Program-made: the position numbers and the translations under genes
NCBI GenBank assembly: GCA_965204615.1
Contig: OZ242000.1
Coordinates: 1,473,803 to 1,537,802 of the forward strand
Length of the DNA: 64,000 nucleotides
Reading direction: 5' to 3'
Source: Acidimicrobiia bacterium
GTDB lineage: Bacteria > Actinomycetota > Acidimicrobiia > Spongiisociales > ZC4RG35
The notes under the pieces: generated by a model
What the model saw: the letters and a program-made list of their open reading frames with translations, nothing else
Databases searched by the model: none
What the model was told of the DNA's origin: nothing
Shown: positions 17,596 through 26,030 of the stretch, one piece after another
How positions within the stretch are numbered: position 1 is the stretch's first letter
Layout of the letters: the number at the start of each line of letters is the position of its first letter

Positions 17596-18297
17596 GTGGT
17601 GATCCGTCCCCTCTACGCATTGACACTTCTCGTCTTACTGTTCGCCTCCTGTGCCGGAGAGGACCTTGATGCCGAGATGGACGCTGTCTCCGCGGTGCCT
17701 TCCACCGCCACCACCGCGACGGCGGGGACCACCTCCCCGGCGGCGGACCCCACAACCGCATCCGCTCAGAGTGCAGAACCGGTTACCACCATCTCCGCAT
17801 CGATCGAAGAGGACCCCGCCCCCACCTCAGTCACCACGACTGCTACCACCTCCGCGGCGAGCGAGAAGACGACCCCCTTCCAGATATCCGACGACGTGCC
17901 CGACCTGGAGATGTTCGACGTAGCCACCGGTGCCAGGGTGAGTCTGCGATCGGTGGTGAAAGGGGAGAAGCCGCTCATGTTCTGGTTCTGGTCCCCGTTC
18001 TGAGAGACGTGCCAGGAGGAAGCTCCGGCCATCGAGCAGTTCGCTCGGGAAAACGCTCACCGCCTCTCCGTGGTCGGGGTCGGCGCCATAGGAACTCTGG
18101 AGGTCGCCCAGGAGTTGGTGGCGTCCAAGGGTGTCACCTTCACCGCGTTGTGGAGTGACTCACGCGATGCCTGGGACCATTATGACATGGACAGCACCTC
18201 CGACTTTATGCTGCTGGACCGCTTCGGCGCCCGGCTCACCGAAGCGGCGCCCTACGAATCGGACCTGGTGGAGGAACTGCTGGACGAGTTGTTCTGA
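17596..18297 (+). CDS. Candidate selenoprotein: TlpA/ResA-like thioredoxin-fold lipoprotein (thiol:disulfide oxidoreductase) with an in-frame TGA (18001-18003) at the first position of the CxxC motif
   Basis: The ORFs 17596..18003 and 18070..18297 share one frame, separated only by TGA. The joined product reads ...LMFWFWSPF-U-ETCQEEAPAIEQFA..., aligning with the TlpA consensus FWASW-C-GPC-RAEAP. Lipobox LLFASC and a Thr-rich linker are present. GTG start. Confidence 0.6.
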
Positions 18298-18361
18298 TGT
18301 TCGGTCATCCGGCCCGAAGCGTAAGGCGTGACCAGGGTGGCATCCTCCTGCAGGTCCACCC

Positions 18362-19465
18362 ATGAAGAAACCTGACCGTATCCAACCCGGCGCCCGGAAA
18401 CGGGGAAGATATTCCCGTAGGTCGGCTGTGCCGCTGCTGCTGGTGGTGGTTTTGCTGGCGGCGGTCGCCACGGCGCCGGTGAGCGCCACCGATGGGTTCT
18501 CCGACGTGGACCCGGGTAACGTGCACGCACCGGCGGTCACGGCCTTGGCCGAGCGGGGAGTGTTGGCGGGCACCGAATGCGGAGACGGCCTGTTCTGCCC
18601 CCACGACCCGATCGAGCGGTCGGTGATGGCGGTGTGGCTGATCAGGGCGCTGGGCGCTAGCCCCGATGCCGACTCATCCCGCTTCGCCGATGTGGACGCC
18701 TCGCAGTGGTGGTCGCCCTTCGCCGAGGAACTGGCCGACCGTGGTATCACCAGGGGGTGTGCCACCGGTCCCCTCCGGTACTGTCCGGACAGTGCGGTCA
18801 CCCGCGCCCAGATGGCCAGCTTTCTGGTGCGGGCCTTCGACCTGGAAAGCGCCGGGACGGCCGGATTCGCAGACACCGGAGGTAGCGGTCACCGACAGGA
18901 CATCGACGCCCTAGCCGCGGCCGGTATCACCAGGGGGTGTGCCACCGGTCCCCTCCGGTACTGTCCGGACAGTGCGGTCACCCGCGCCCAGATGGCCACT
19001 TTCCTGCATCGGGCGCTGCTCCGACAGGAGCAGATGACTCGGATCAGCGACGACGTGCCCGATGTCGACCTAACCGACCTGGCCACCGGGGAGAGCGTCA
19101 ATCTGCGGTCCCTGCTGACTGGTGACAAAGCGGTATTGCTCTGGTTCTGGGCCGAGTGGTGACCGACGTGCCGGCGCCATGCGCCCGAAGTCGAGCAGTT
19201 CGCTCGAGAAAACACCGACCGAGTCACCGTCATCGGCATCAGCCCGGCAACCTGGGGGAGAGCCGACGCAGCCGAGCCCTTCGTGACCCGCTATGGCCTG
19301 ACCTTTGCCAATTTGTGGGATGGAACCAACGCCGCCTACCGACACTACGGCAGCCCGTACACCTCCGAATTCTGGTTGCTGGACCGCAACGGCGACCGGG
19401 TCGGCGACCGCGCGGTTTCTTTTTCAAACTCCAGGGCACAGAGAATGTTGAGCACCCTGGAGTAA
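18362..19465 (+). CDS. Candidate selenoprotein: SLH-domain-anchored TlpA/ResA-like thioredoxin-fold protein with an in-frame TGA (19160-19162) replacing the first Cys of CxxC
   Basis: The ORFs 18362..19162 and 19283..19465 share one frame. The joined product reads ...VLLWFWAEW-U-PTCRRHAPEVEQFA..., which is a paralog of the upstream gene. A signal peptide (..ATAPVSATDG) precedes SLH-like repeats (FADVDASQWWSPFAEELADRGITRGCATGPLRYCPDSAVTRAQMASFLVRAF, seen twice). Confidence 0.6.
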
Positions 19466-19471
19466 TACTCC

Positions 19472-19493
19472 GCTGGTGGGAGGTGAGCCCCAC
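19472..19493 (+). terminator. GC-rich hairpin (GGTGGG-AGGTGAGC-CCCACC) 7 nt after the TAA of the second thioredoxin gene; a candidate intrinsic terminator without a U-tract
   Basis: A perfect 6-bp stem immediately 3' of the stop. The absence of a T-run is common in high-GC actinobacteria. Confidence 0.35.
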
Positions 19494-19839
19494 CGCAGTC
19501 GTTCACCCTCGCGTTCGTCCGGCCAAGCAACATCCCGATCCGGCGCCGCCGCGAGAGCAGTGTCGAACCGACGGCCGCAGGATCGTCATCCACCGCCGAG
19601 CCGCCGCCAAAACGCCGATGCTCCCCTGGCCGGAGAGACAAACCCCCGGCAACAGACGAAAACCGGCCCATTGCCCGGGAGGATGGATCTTTGCGCGTCA
19701 GGTCATGGCCGAACCGGCACAACTGGAACATCAATGTCGCCACGGAGGACAGGTAGCCAGTCGGACGATGGGGTGATTGCAACCACGACCCTGCGGCTGG
19801 GACTCTCGAGCACGTAGCGGTCCCGTCGGACGACTGAAC

Positions 19840-20840
19840 CGCCCCGATGCTCCTATGATGCTCCTATTTTTACAAATCGGCGTTTTTGGGTGGCGGGTGG
19901 GTGGTTAGCCAGTGGTGGTATCGGGTGGCGAGTTCGTGGTTATGGTTTTGGCTTCGTTCGAGTTGTGAGATGTGGGTTGGGTGGCTTTGGAGGGCTGTGG
20001 CGGCTTGGGTAAGGGTGATGCGGTGTTTTTGGCGTAGGCAGCGAAGAGCGGTGCCGTGGGGGGTTGAGCGAGGGTTGGTCAACAGGTAGTAGATCTCTCG
20101 GGCGATGTGGCGTTTCAGACAGCGAGTGATTTCCCGGCGGGTTTTTCCTTCCGCCCGGCGTTCTTCTACGTAGGCGTTGGTGCGTTGGTCGCAGCGGATG
20201 CGGGTGGTGGCGATGCGCCACAGTGTGGTTGGCTTGGCGGTTACCACCGCGGTTGAGGCGATGTCGGACGATACGTCCCGACGACGCCTGGACGGGGCTT
20301 GTGCCGCACAAAGCAGCAAACGACGCTTCCGTTCGCATGCGTTCGGGGTTGTCACCGGCTGTGATCAACAGGGTGGCGGCGGTGTCCGCGCCGACCCCGC
20401 GGGTGGCTAAGAGTGCCGGGTTGGCCCGTGCGCAGAGACCGCGGATCTGGGTGTTTAGTTCTTTGATCTCTGTGGTGAGTGTCTGATGTCGGCGGGCCAG
20501 GAGCCTCAGGGCCGTTTTGGCGTATCTGATGGTGGTGTGGTCTTTGCCTGGACGATAGGCGGCGCAGGCTTTCACCCGGGCTCTGGGGGACAGTCCCGCT
20601 AGTTGGTGTTTGACCTGGTCGGGAGCGGCAACAACCAAAGCGTGCAACTGGTTGATGGCCTGGGTGCGGGCCTTGACCGCCGAACGACGCGCCACCTGGA
20701 GCATACGGATAGCCTCGACTGGTCCGTCGCCGCTCTTGGGCAGCCCGGTGGCCTGCCCGTTGAGAACCGCCCGCGCCGCGGCTGTGGCATCAACCGTGTC
20801 GGTCTTACCCAAGCGGCGGCGGACGCGACCGACATGCGAC
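19840..20840 (-). mobile_element. Degenerate IS110-family insertion sequence remnant
   Basis: It contains the truncated, frameshifted transposase. Its 3' end carries a short tandem repeat gctcctatgat x2.5 (19845-19871), and a low-GC foreign gene lies adjacent. Confidence 0.5.
19870..20812 (-). pseudogene. IS110-family transposase remnant: the 5'-truncated DEDD domain is missing and there is a frameshift near 20355
   Basis: The product contains GKTDTVDATAAARAV, ..LLATRGVGADTAATLLITAGD.., SSGRIVRHRLNRGGNRQAN (Transposase_20 motifs). It continues in another frame (19870..20355: LWRIATTRIRCDQRTNAYVEERRAEGKTRREITRCLKRHIAREIYYLL). No VGIDVGK-type N-terminal domain exists upstream. Confidence 0.6.
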
Positions 20841-20852
20841 TAACACTCGTTA

Positions 20853-21440
20853 CTACAAGACAGGCTGTTCGACTTTTAACCGCGGAAGTTCCGCAATTAT
20901 GCGGGTGACACTGTTGCCGAGGCGTTCAAAACCGGTGAGTGACCCCATGCTCCGCACAGGGTTCAGGCCGATGCTCTTCTGTAGTGGCGGCAGTTCCTGT
21001 TCAGGAATGAGATAGAACTCCCACTGATCGGGGCGGCGGTGATCAGCAAAGTGACGGTCATCAACCGGGTGATAGGCGAAGATGTAAAGGTCAGCCCACC
21101 GCTGTGGCTTGGTTTCCTGCCATGTTGCAGTCTCGTCCCAAAACCCAATGGTGGGCGCTATACGAAAACGTGGAGCAGATCCTGAGCTGTCAGTATCCTG
21201 CGACCAAGTCTGCCGAGCAGCTGACTGCTTCACTTCGATTCGGGCCCTGGAATTCTCATGCTCCAAGTCCCACATCGACCACCCTGGCATACATTTCCAG
21301 GCGGAATCAAGTTTCTGCAGAGCCCACTCGATCATGTATTCCAAATACACGCCACGGTCCACGTTGTCGATGATCGGCCGGTTATAGAGCCGGTCGAAGA
21401 GCCGCTCGACCACACGATCGTGAACCGATAGATCCTCCAT
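20853..21440 (-). CDS. Hypothetical protein in a low-GC islet; a PD-(D/E)xK-like pattern (WDLEHENSRARIEVKQ) suggests a restriction-endonuclease-fold nuclease
   Basis: Its composition is distinct from the rest of the locus (GC roughly 50-55% between 21100 and 21400). The probable start MEDLSVHD lies at 21440, since the ORF-track N-terminal extension overlaps the SDR gene. The function call is weak. Confidence 0.4.
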   Translation of the reverse strand: MEDLSVHDRVVERLFDRLYNRPIIDNVDRGVYLEYMIEWALQKLDSAWKCMPGWSMWDLEHENSRARIEVKQSAARQTWSQDTDSSGSAPRFRIAPTIGFWDETATWQETKPQRWADLYIFAYHPVDDRHFADHRRPDQWEFYLIPEQELPPLQKSIGLNPVRSMGSLTGFERLGNSVTRIIAELPRLKVEQPVL

Positions 21441-21454
21441 TCGGTATAGATCTA

Positions 21455-22306
21455 CTAGCTCTTTGGGAGATCGTAAACCTGGGCGGTGTATGCGCCGTCG
21501 ACCACCAGGTTGATCCCGCTCACGTAGCGGGCATCGTCGGAGGCGAGATACAGGAAGGCTGACGCGATGTCGTCGGTGGCTGCCAGGCGGTTCATGGGCA
21601 CCACCGGGAAGCCCTCTGCCCGCCATTTGTCCATCAACTCCTCGCCGGCGATGTCAACTGACTGCTGGGTGTCCGCCGGGCCGGGGCTGACGCAGTTGGC
21701 CCGGATGTTCCAGGGCGCCAGTTCCACTGCGATGGCCTTGGCCAGCGAGACGATCGCCGCCTTGGCAACGCAGTAGGCGGTGAAGTTTCGCCCGTGTCCG
21801 AGGGCGCTGATGGATGAAGTGAGAAGGATCACCCCTCCGCCGGTCTCCTTCATCGCCTGCGCGGCTCCCTGGGAGAGAGTGAAATAGGCGTCCAGGTTGA
21901 CCGACATCACCCGACGCCAGTCATCGTTGCTCATCTCGATGAAAGGAACCTGCACCCAGGCGGCGGCGTTGGAGATCAGCACGTCAAGCTGCGGATCGAC
22001 AGCCAGCGCCTGTTCGATGGCTGACTCACACGCCTCGGTCTCACCGAGATCCACGCAGATGGGAACCGGGTTGGCCCCCAGTTCCGCGATGGCGGGCACC
22101 ACGGATTCCAGGCGTTCAGGTCGGCGGTCCACCAAATACAGGTTGGCTGCTCCCTCGGCGGCGAAACGCTCGGCCGTCCGTCGTCCGAAACCACTCCCGG
22201 CTCCGGTTATGAAGACATTCTTGCCGGCGAAGCGGGCATTTTCGGAGGACCCTGGTCCTCGGTGTGGAGCGGGTGTGCGGGCCTGGGTTCTGATACTGCG
22301 TGACAT
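21455..22306 (-). CDS. SDR-family (short-chain dehydrogenase/reductase) oxidoreductase
   Basis: Cofactor loop TGAGSGFG, NAA motif, catalytic Y..K (YCVAKAA), PG motif. Confidence 0.8.
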   Translation of the reverse strand: MSRSIRTQARTPAPHRGPGSSENARFAGKNVFITGAGSGFGRRTAERFAAEGAANLYLVDRRPERLESVVPAIAELGANPVPICVDLGETEACESAIEQALAVDPQLDVLISNAAAWVQVPFIEMSNDDWRRVMSVNLDAYFTLSQGAAQAMKETGGGVILLTSSISALGHGRNFTAYCVAKAAIVSLAKAIAVELAPWNIRANCVSPGPADTQQSVDIAGEELMDKWRAEGFPVVPMNRLAATDDIASAFLYLASDDARYVSGINLVVDGAYTAQVYDLPKS

Positions 22307-22307
22307 C

Positions 22308-24089
22308 TTATCCTTCCAGGACGGGGAGGGTGACAAAGGTGGGATGGGACGAGTTGTGAAGCACGGTCTGGGTGGCCGGACGGCCGGCGACCGAAGGCTC
22401 GGTGAACAGCGGGCCGCCGGTGTTCATGTTACGGTCCCACTGGGGAAAGTCGGAGCTTCCCAAAACGAGGCGCAGGCGGTGCCCGGCCGGGACCAGCGCG
22501 CCCACCGGACCCATTTCGATGGTGTATCGGTAGACCCGATCCGCCCGGATGGGTTGGGGATCCGAGAGCGAGTCCCGGTACCGGGCCCGGATGATCCCCT
22601 CCTGAAGATTGGTGGAGACACCGGAAGGATCGACAACGCACAACCGGGCAGTCCAATCGGTGTCGGCGGCGGTGGTGGCCGCCCGCAGAGTGACCCTGAC
22701 GTCACCCATCAGGGTGATCCCCCTGCGCAGCGGTTCCGAGGTGTACACCAGCACCATCCGGGAAGCCTCCGCAACATGCTGGTCGGCCGGGCCCATGGGA
22801 GTGATCGTGTCGAAGCAGCACGAGTGGCCGCCCTGGCTGGGGGTGGCGAGGGCCGGATCGTACACGAACAGGTCGGCAGGCTCCTCGCCGGGACCCCGCC
22901 GGCTCAGCGAACCATCCCCGTACTTGGAATTGGCCCGCCCGCCCGAGTGGATGAACCAGTCCTGGTGCTCGACGCCCGAGGGGGGCCAGTCGTCGTAGTG
23001 CCTCCATCCCCCGTTGTAGAGATGGGCGGTGACCGGACTGTCGAGCACTCCCGTGTCCCTTCCCTTGATTGTCTGGTCGAACCATCGGATGTGCCAGTCG
23101 TCGATCCCGATCGTGTCGGGAGGACGGCTCTCGGAGGATCCCAGGGGGCTCCATGGCATGTGCGTCCAGGGACCGAGCAGCAGTTTCTGCTGCCGCCGGG
23201 CATCGGCCGCGCCCGCCGCGGCACTGAGACCCGAGAAGTTGGCCACCGTGCCGGAGACAAAGACGTCGTACCAACCGCCCACGTGCAGAGCGGGGACAGT
23301 GATCCGGCTGTAGTCCTCATCGATGGACCACCGCTTCCAGTAGTCGTCGTAGGTGCAGTGCTCCAGCCAGTCGTAGAACCACGGTGCATAGCCGTCCGAC
23401 AGGGGCGGGTACTCCTTGAGAGGGGTGAACCAGAACCACCCGGGCGCCTCGGCCAGTGAAGCCCCCAAAGACTCGAATGCCGCCCGGTCGCCCGCCCTCT
23501 GGGCGGTGTCGATGGCCAGCAGGTTCGCCCAGTAGAGAATGAAGGCCACAGAGAGTGCTCCACCGTTGTATGTCCATCCCTCGTAGTACTGGGAAGCCGT
23601 GAAAGCCGGAGCGATCGCCGCCAAACTGGGAGGACGCTCAACCGCGGCCAGCAACTGGGTTGCGCCCACGTAGGAGAAGCCCCACATCCCGACCCGACCG
23701 TCGGAGCCCGCCAGCCGGGCCGCCCACTCCACCGTGTCGTAGCCGTCGGCGCTCTCGTGGAGATAGGGGTAGAACTCCCCTTCCGACGTCGCCCTTCCCC
23801 GAGTGTCCTGAACGACCACCACGTACCCATGGGATGCGTACCAGATGGGGTGGGCATGGCCGAACGGCATGGTGGCGTTCCGCTTGTCGTATGGAGAGCG
23901 CATCAGGAGCACGGGCAAGCGAGCGTCCGTGACCGGACGGTAGACGTCTGCATACAGGATGGTTCCGTCTCTCATCCTGGCGGGCACATCCCGCTCCACG
24001 GTGACATCCGGCACGCCCGGCCACGGGCGGGGACCGGTCACCGGAGAACCTTCCCATTCATCTGATAGCATCCCTTCGGTGGGCAACAT
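22308..24089 (-). CDS. CocE/NonD-family hydrolase (S15 X-Pro dipeptidyl-peptidase-like alpha/beta hydrolase)
   Basis: The N-terminal hydrolase domain has a GWGFSYVG nucleophile elbow. The long C-terminal beta-sandwich is typical of CocE/NonD. The start is uncertain (24089 or 24140). Confidence 0.8.
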   Translation of the reverse strand: MLPTEGMLSDEWEGSPVTGPRPWPGVPDVTVERDVPARMRDGTILYADVYRPVTDARLPVLLMRSPYDKRNATMPFGHAHPIWYASHGYVVVVQDTRGRATSEGEFYPYLHESADGYDTVEWAARLAGSDGRVGMWGFSYVGATQLLAAVERPPSLAAIAPAFTASQYYEGWTYNGGALSVAFILYWANLLAIDTAQRAGDRAAFESLGASLAEAPGWFWFTPLKEYPPLSDGYAPWFYDWLEHCTYDDYWKRWSIDEDYSRITVPALHVGGWYDVFVSGTVANFSGLSAAAGAADARRQQKLLLGPWTHMPWSPLGSSESRPPDTIGIDDWHIRWFDQTIKGRDTGVLDSPVTAHLYNGGWRHYDDWPPSGVEHQDWFIHSGGRANSKYGDGSLSRRGPGEEPADLFVYDPALATPSQGGHSCCFDTITPMGPADQHVAEASRMVLVYTSEPLRRGITLMGDVRVTLRAATTAADTDWTARLCVVDPSGVSTNLQEGIIRARYRDSLSDPQPIRADRVYRYTIEMGPVGALVPAGHRLRLVLGSSDFPQWDRNMNTGGPLFTEPSVAGRPATQTVLHNSSHPTFVTLPVLEG

Positions 24090-24204
24090 CACCGCCGTGG
24101 TACTGGCCGCCGTGGCAGGTGGCGTGGCAACCGCTGCCACTTTGGACCTTGCCCGCGACCTGCGGAGCAGACCGCGACCCCACCTGTCAGCCTACACCGC
24201 CGGA

Positions 24205-24777
24205 ATGGCCATGTTCGCCATCGCGACATGGGCCCTGTTCTCCGGCCTGGGATGGGGTTGGACCGGCCTCAGCTACCGTGTCTTCTTCCTGTTCGGAGGC
24301 GTCCTGAACATACCCTTTCTGGCGCTGGGATCGGTCTTCCTCTCCGTGGGCCGCAGGGTCGGACACCTCATGGTGGTGGGACTGTTCGGATTCTCCGCCA
24401 TGGCGACCACCCTGGTGAGCGTCACTCCCTTCGCTCGTCGGCTGCCCGAAGGCGGTATCCCCGCCGACATCTTTCCCTCCATAGCCGAGGCCGGGTTCGG
24501 TCCCCGCCTGCTGGCTGCCATAGCCGGAGGTACGGGGACCCTGGTGCTGGTCGGCGCAGCCCTGTGGGGCGCCTTCCGCTTCCGCAGGTCCAATCCCCGG
24601 CGGGCGGCGGCGAACCTGGTAATCACCGCCGGGGTGCTGGCAGCCGCAACCGGAGGCACCATCCTCGGCTTTCTCCACGAGTCGTCCGGTTTCTCCGTCT
24701 CCCTCCTCGCCGCGGTGTCGCTCATCTGGTGGGGCTACCGGTTGGCCAGCCACAGACGCCCGATCCCCGAGCCTTAG
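24205..24777 (+). CDS. Small integral membrane protein, function unknown
   Basis: Multiple hydrophobic helices, divergent from the hydrolase gene. The start is set at the first ATG (24205) to avoid overlapping the divergent neighbour, and the ORF-track start at 23959 is rejected. Confidence 0.45.
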   Translation: MAMFAIATWALFSGLGWGWTGLSYRVFFLFGGVLNIPFLALGSVFLSVGRRVGHLMVVGLFGFSAMATTLVSVTPFARRLPEGGIPADIFPSIAEAGFGPRLLAAIAGGTGTLVLVGAALWGAFRFRRSNPRRAAANLVITAGVLAAATGGTILGFLHESSGFSVSLLAAVSLIWWGYRLASHRRPIPEP

Positions 24778-26030
24778 GCGGCAATTGCGGTCCGGAGTCT
24801 CGGGGTCGAGAGCACGAGGAGGAGAATCACCAGCATGGGTGCGGCCGCAACCAGATTGAGCCACCCGTATCCGATCCCGCTCATCAACATTCCCGACCCC
24901 ACGCTTCCCAGCATCACCGTGGACCACGTCGCGGAGTCCGCCACCCCCTCTACCACCGGTCTCACGTCCGCGGGAGCGGAGGCGAACAACATGGAACTGC
25001 CGGCCACGAAACAGAAGCACCATCCCAGTCCCAGCAGGAACAGCCCGGCATTCAGGAGCGTATAGCCCTCATCAGGCGCGGTCCCCGACAGGAGCAGGGA
25101 TCCCCAGGTCACCACCACTCCTGTCGCCAGGGCAGGCAGATACCCCATACGGTCCACAAGCTTGCCCACCAGGGGCGCGAATGCGAACATCCCCACCGCG
25201 TGGGTCGAGATCACCACCCCCACCACTGTCAGCCCGTACCCGGCGTCCTCGATACGAAGGGGGGTGGAAGTCATCACCAGCACCATCGCCGCCTGCGCCG
25301 ACAACATGGCAAGCATGGCCAGTTGCACCCGGGGGAGCCGCAGCGCAGTGCCAACCGACCCACGGACCGGGGGAGCGACCTCGGCCGTCACCGCCACCTT
25401 GGAAGGATCGGGGCGGAGGGCCGCCCAGAAGATCAACCAGGCCAGAAGGAAGCCGGAAATGGCAAGCAGGAAGGCCCCGCCATAAGGCGTGCCAAGCCAC
25501 TCCTCCACCATCCGGCCCACCCTGTCCACCAGGTTGGCCCCCACCACCGAGCCGATGGTGCCCGCCCACACCACCAGACCCAGCGCCCATCCCCGCCGCT
25601 CCTCCTCGGCCAACTCGGCGGCGGTGTATCGCGCCAGATGGACAGCGCCGACGCCTCCCCCTGCAAACAACGCCCCTCCCACCAGCAGCCAGTAGGTCCC
25701 CGTCACCACCCCCACCAGTTCCAGGGTCGCCCCGAATGCTGACAGAGGCGGGCCCTTCAACATGACATAGCGCCTCCCATGACGGGCGCTCAGGCGTCCG
25801 AACAGGTTGGTGCCCATTGCCTGGCCGAAGGCGCCGGCAGCCAGCGGCAAACCCGCCAGCATGGTCGACCCGCTCAAAGCTCTGGCCGCCACCGTCACCA
25901 CGGTGATCGTTGCAACGAAAGCCAACCAGGTCAGGACCGAGCCTGAGAACAGCACGTACACCAGACGGCGCCGGACACCGGCGATCCCCTTATCCGACAA
26001 GTTCGGTCCGAAGGTTGGGAGCCAGAGCAA
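24774..26030 (-). CDS. MFS transporter (paralog A of a tandem pair)
   Basis: A 12-TM MFS-like product with a TTG start. It is highly similar to the next gene along its whole length. Confidence 0.75.
   Translation of the reverse strand: MLWLPTFGPNLSDKGIAGVRRRLVYVLFSGSVLTWLAFVATITVVTVAARALSGSTMLAGLPLAAGAFGQAMGTNLFGRLSARHGRRYVMLKGPPLSAFGATLELVGVVTGTYWLLVGGALFAGGGVGAVHLARYTAAELAEEERRGWALGLVVWAGTIGSVVGANLVDRVGRMVEEWLGTPYGGAFLLAISGFLLAWLIFWAALRPDPSKVAVTAEVAPPVRGSVGTALRLPRVQLAMLAMLSAQAAMVLVMTSTPLRIEDAGYGLTVVGVVISTHAVGMFAFAPLVGKLVDRMGYLPALATGVVVTWGSLLLSGTAPDEGYTLLNAGLFLLGLGWCFCFVAGSSMLFASAPADVRPVVEGVADSATWSTVMLGSVGSGMLMSGIGYGWLNLVAAAPMLVILLLVLSTPRLRTAIAA

Noticed and set aside
19156-19817. ORFs 19156..19776 (+), 19345..19782 (-) and 19476..19817 (+)
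   Set aside because: They are Arg/Pro-rich low-complexity translations overlapping the second thioredoxin gene or the non-coding gap before the IS110 remnant. They are not protein-like.
21897-23459. A 520-aa plus-strand ORF
   Set aside because: It is antisense to the SDR and CocE/NonD genes, which carry clear family motifs, so it is a shadow ORF.
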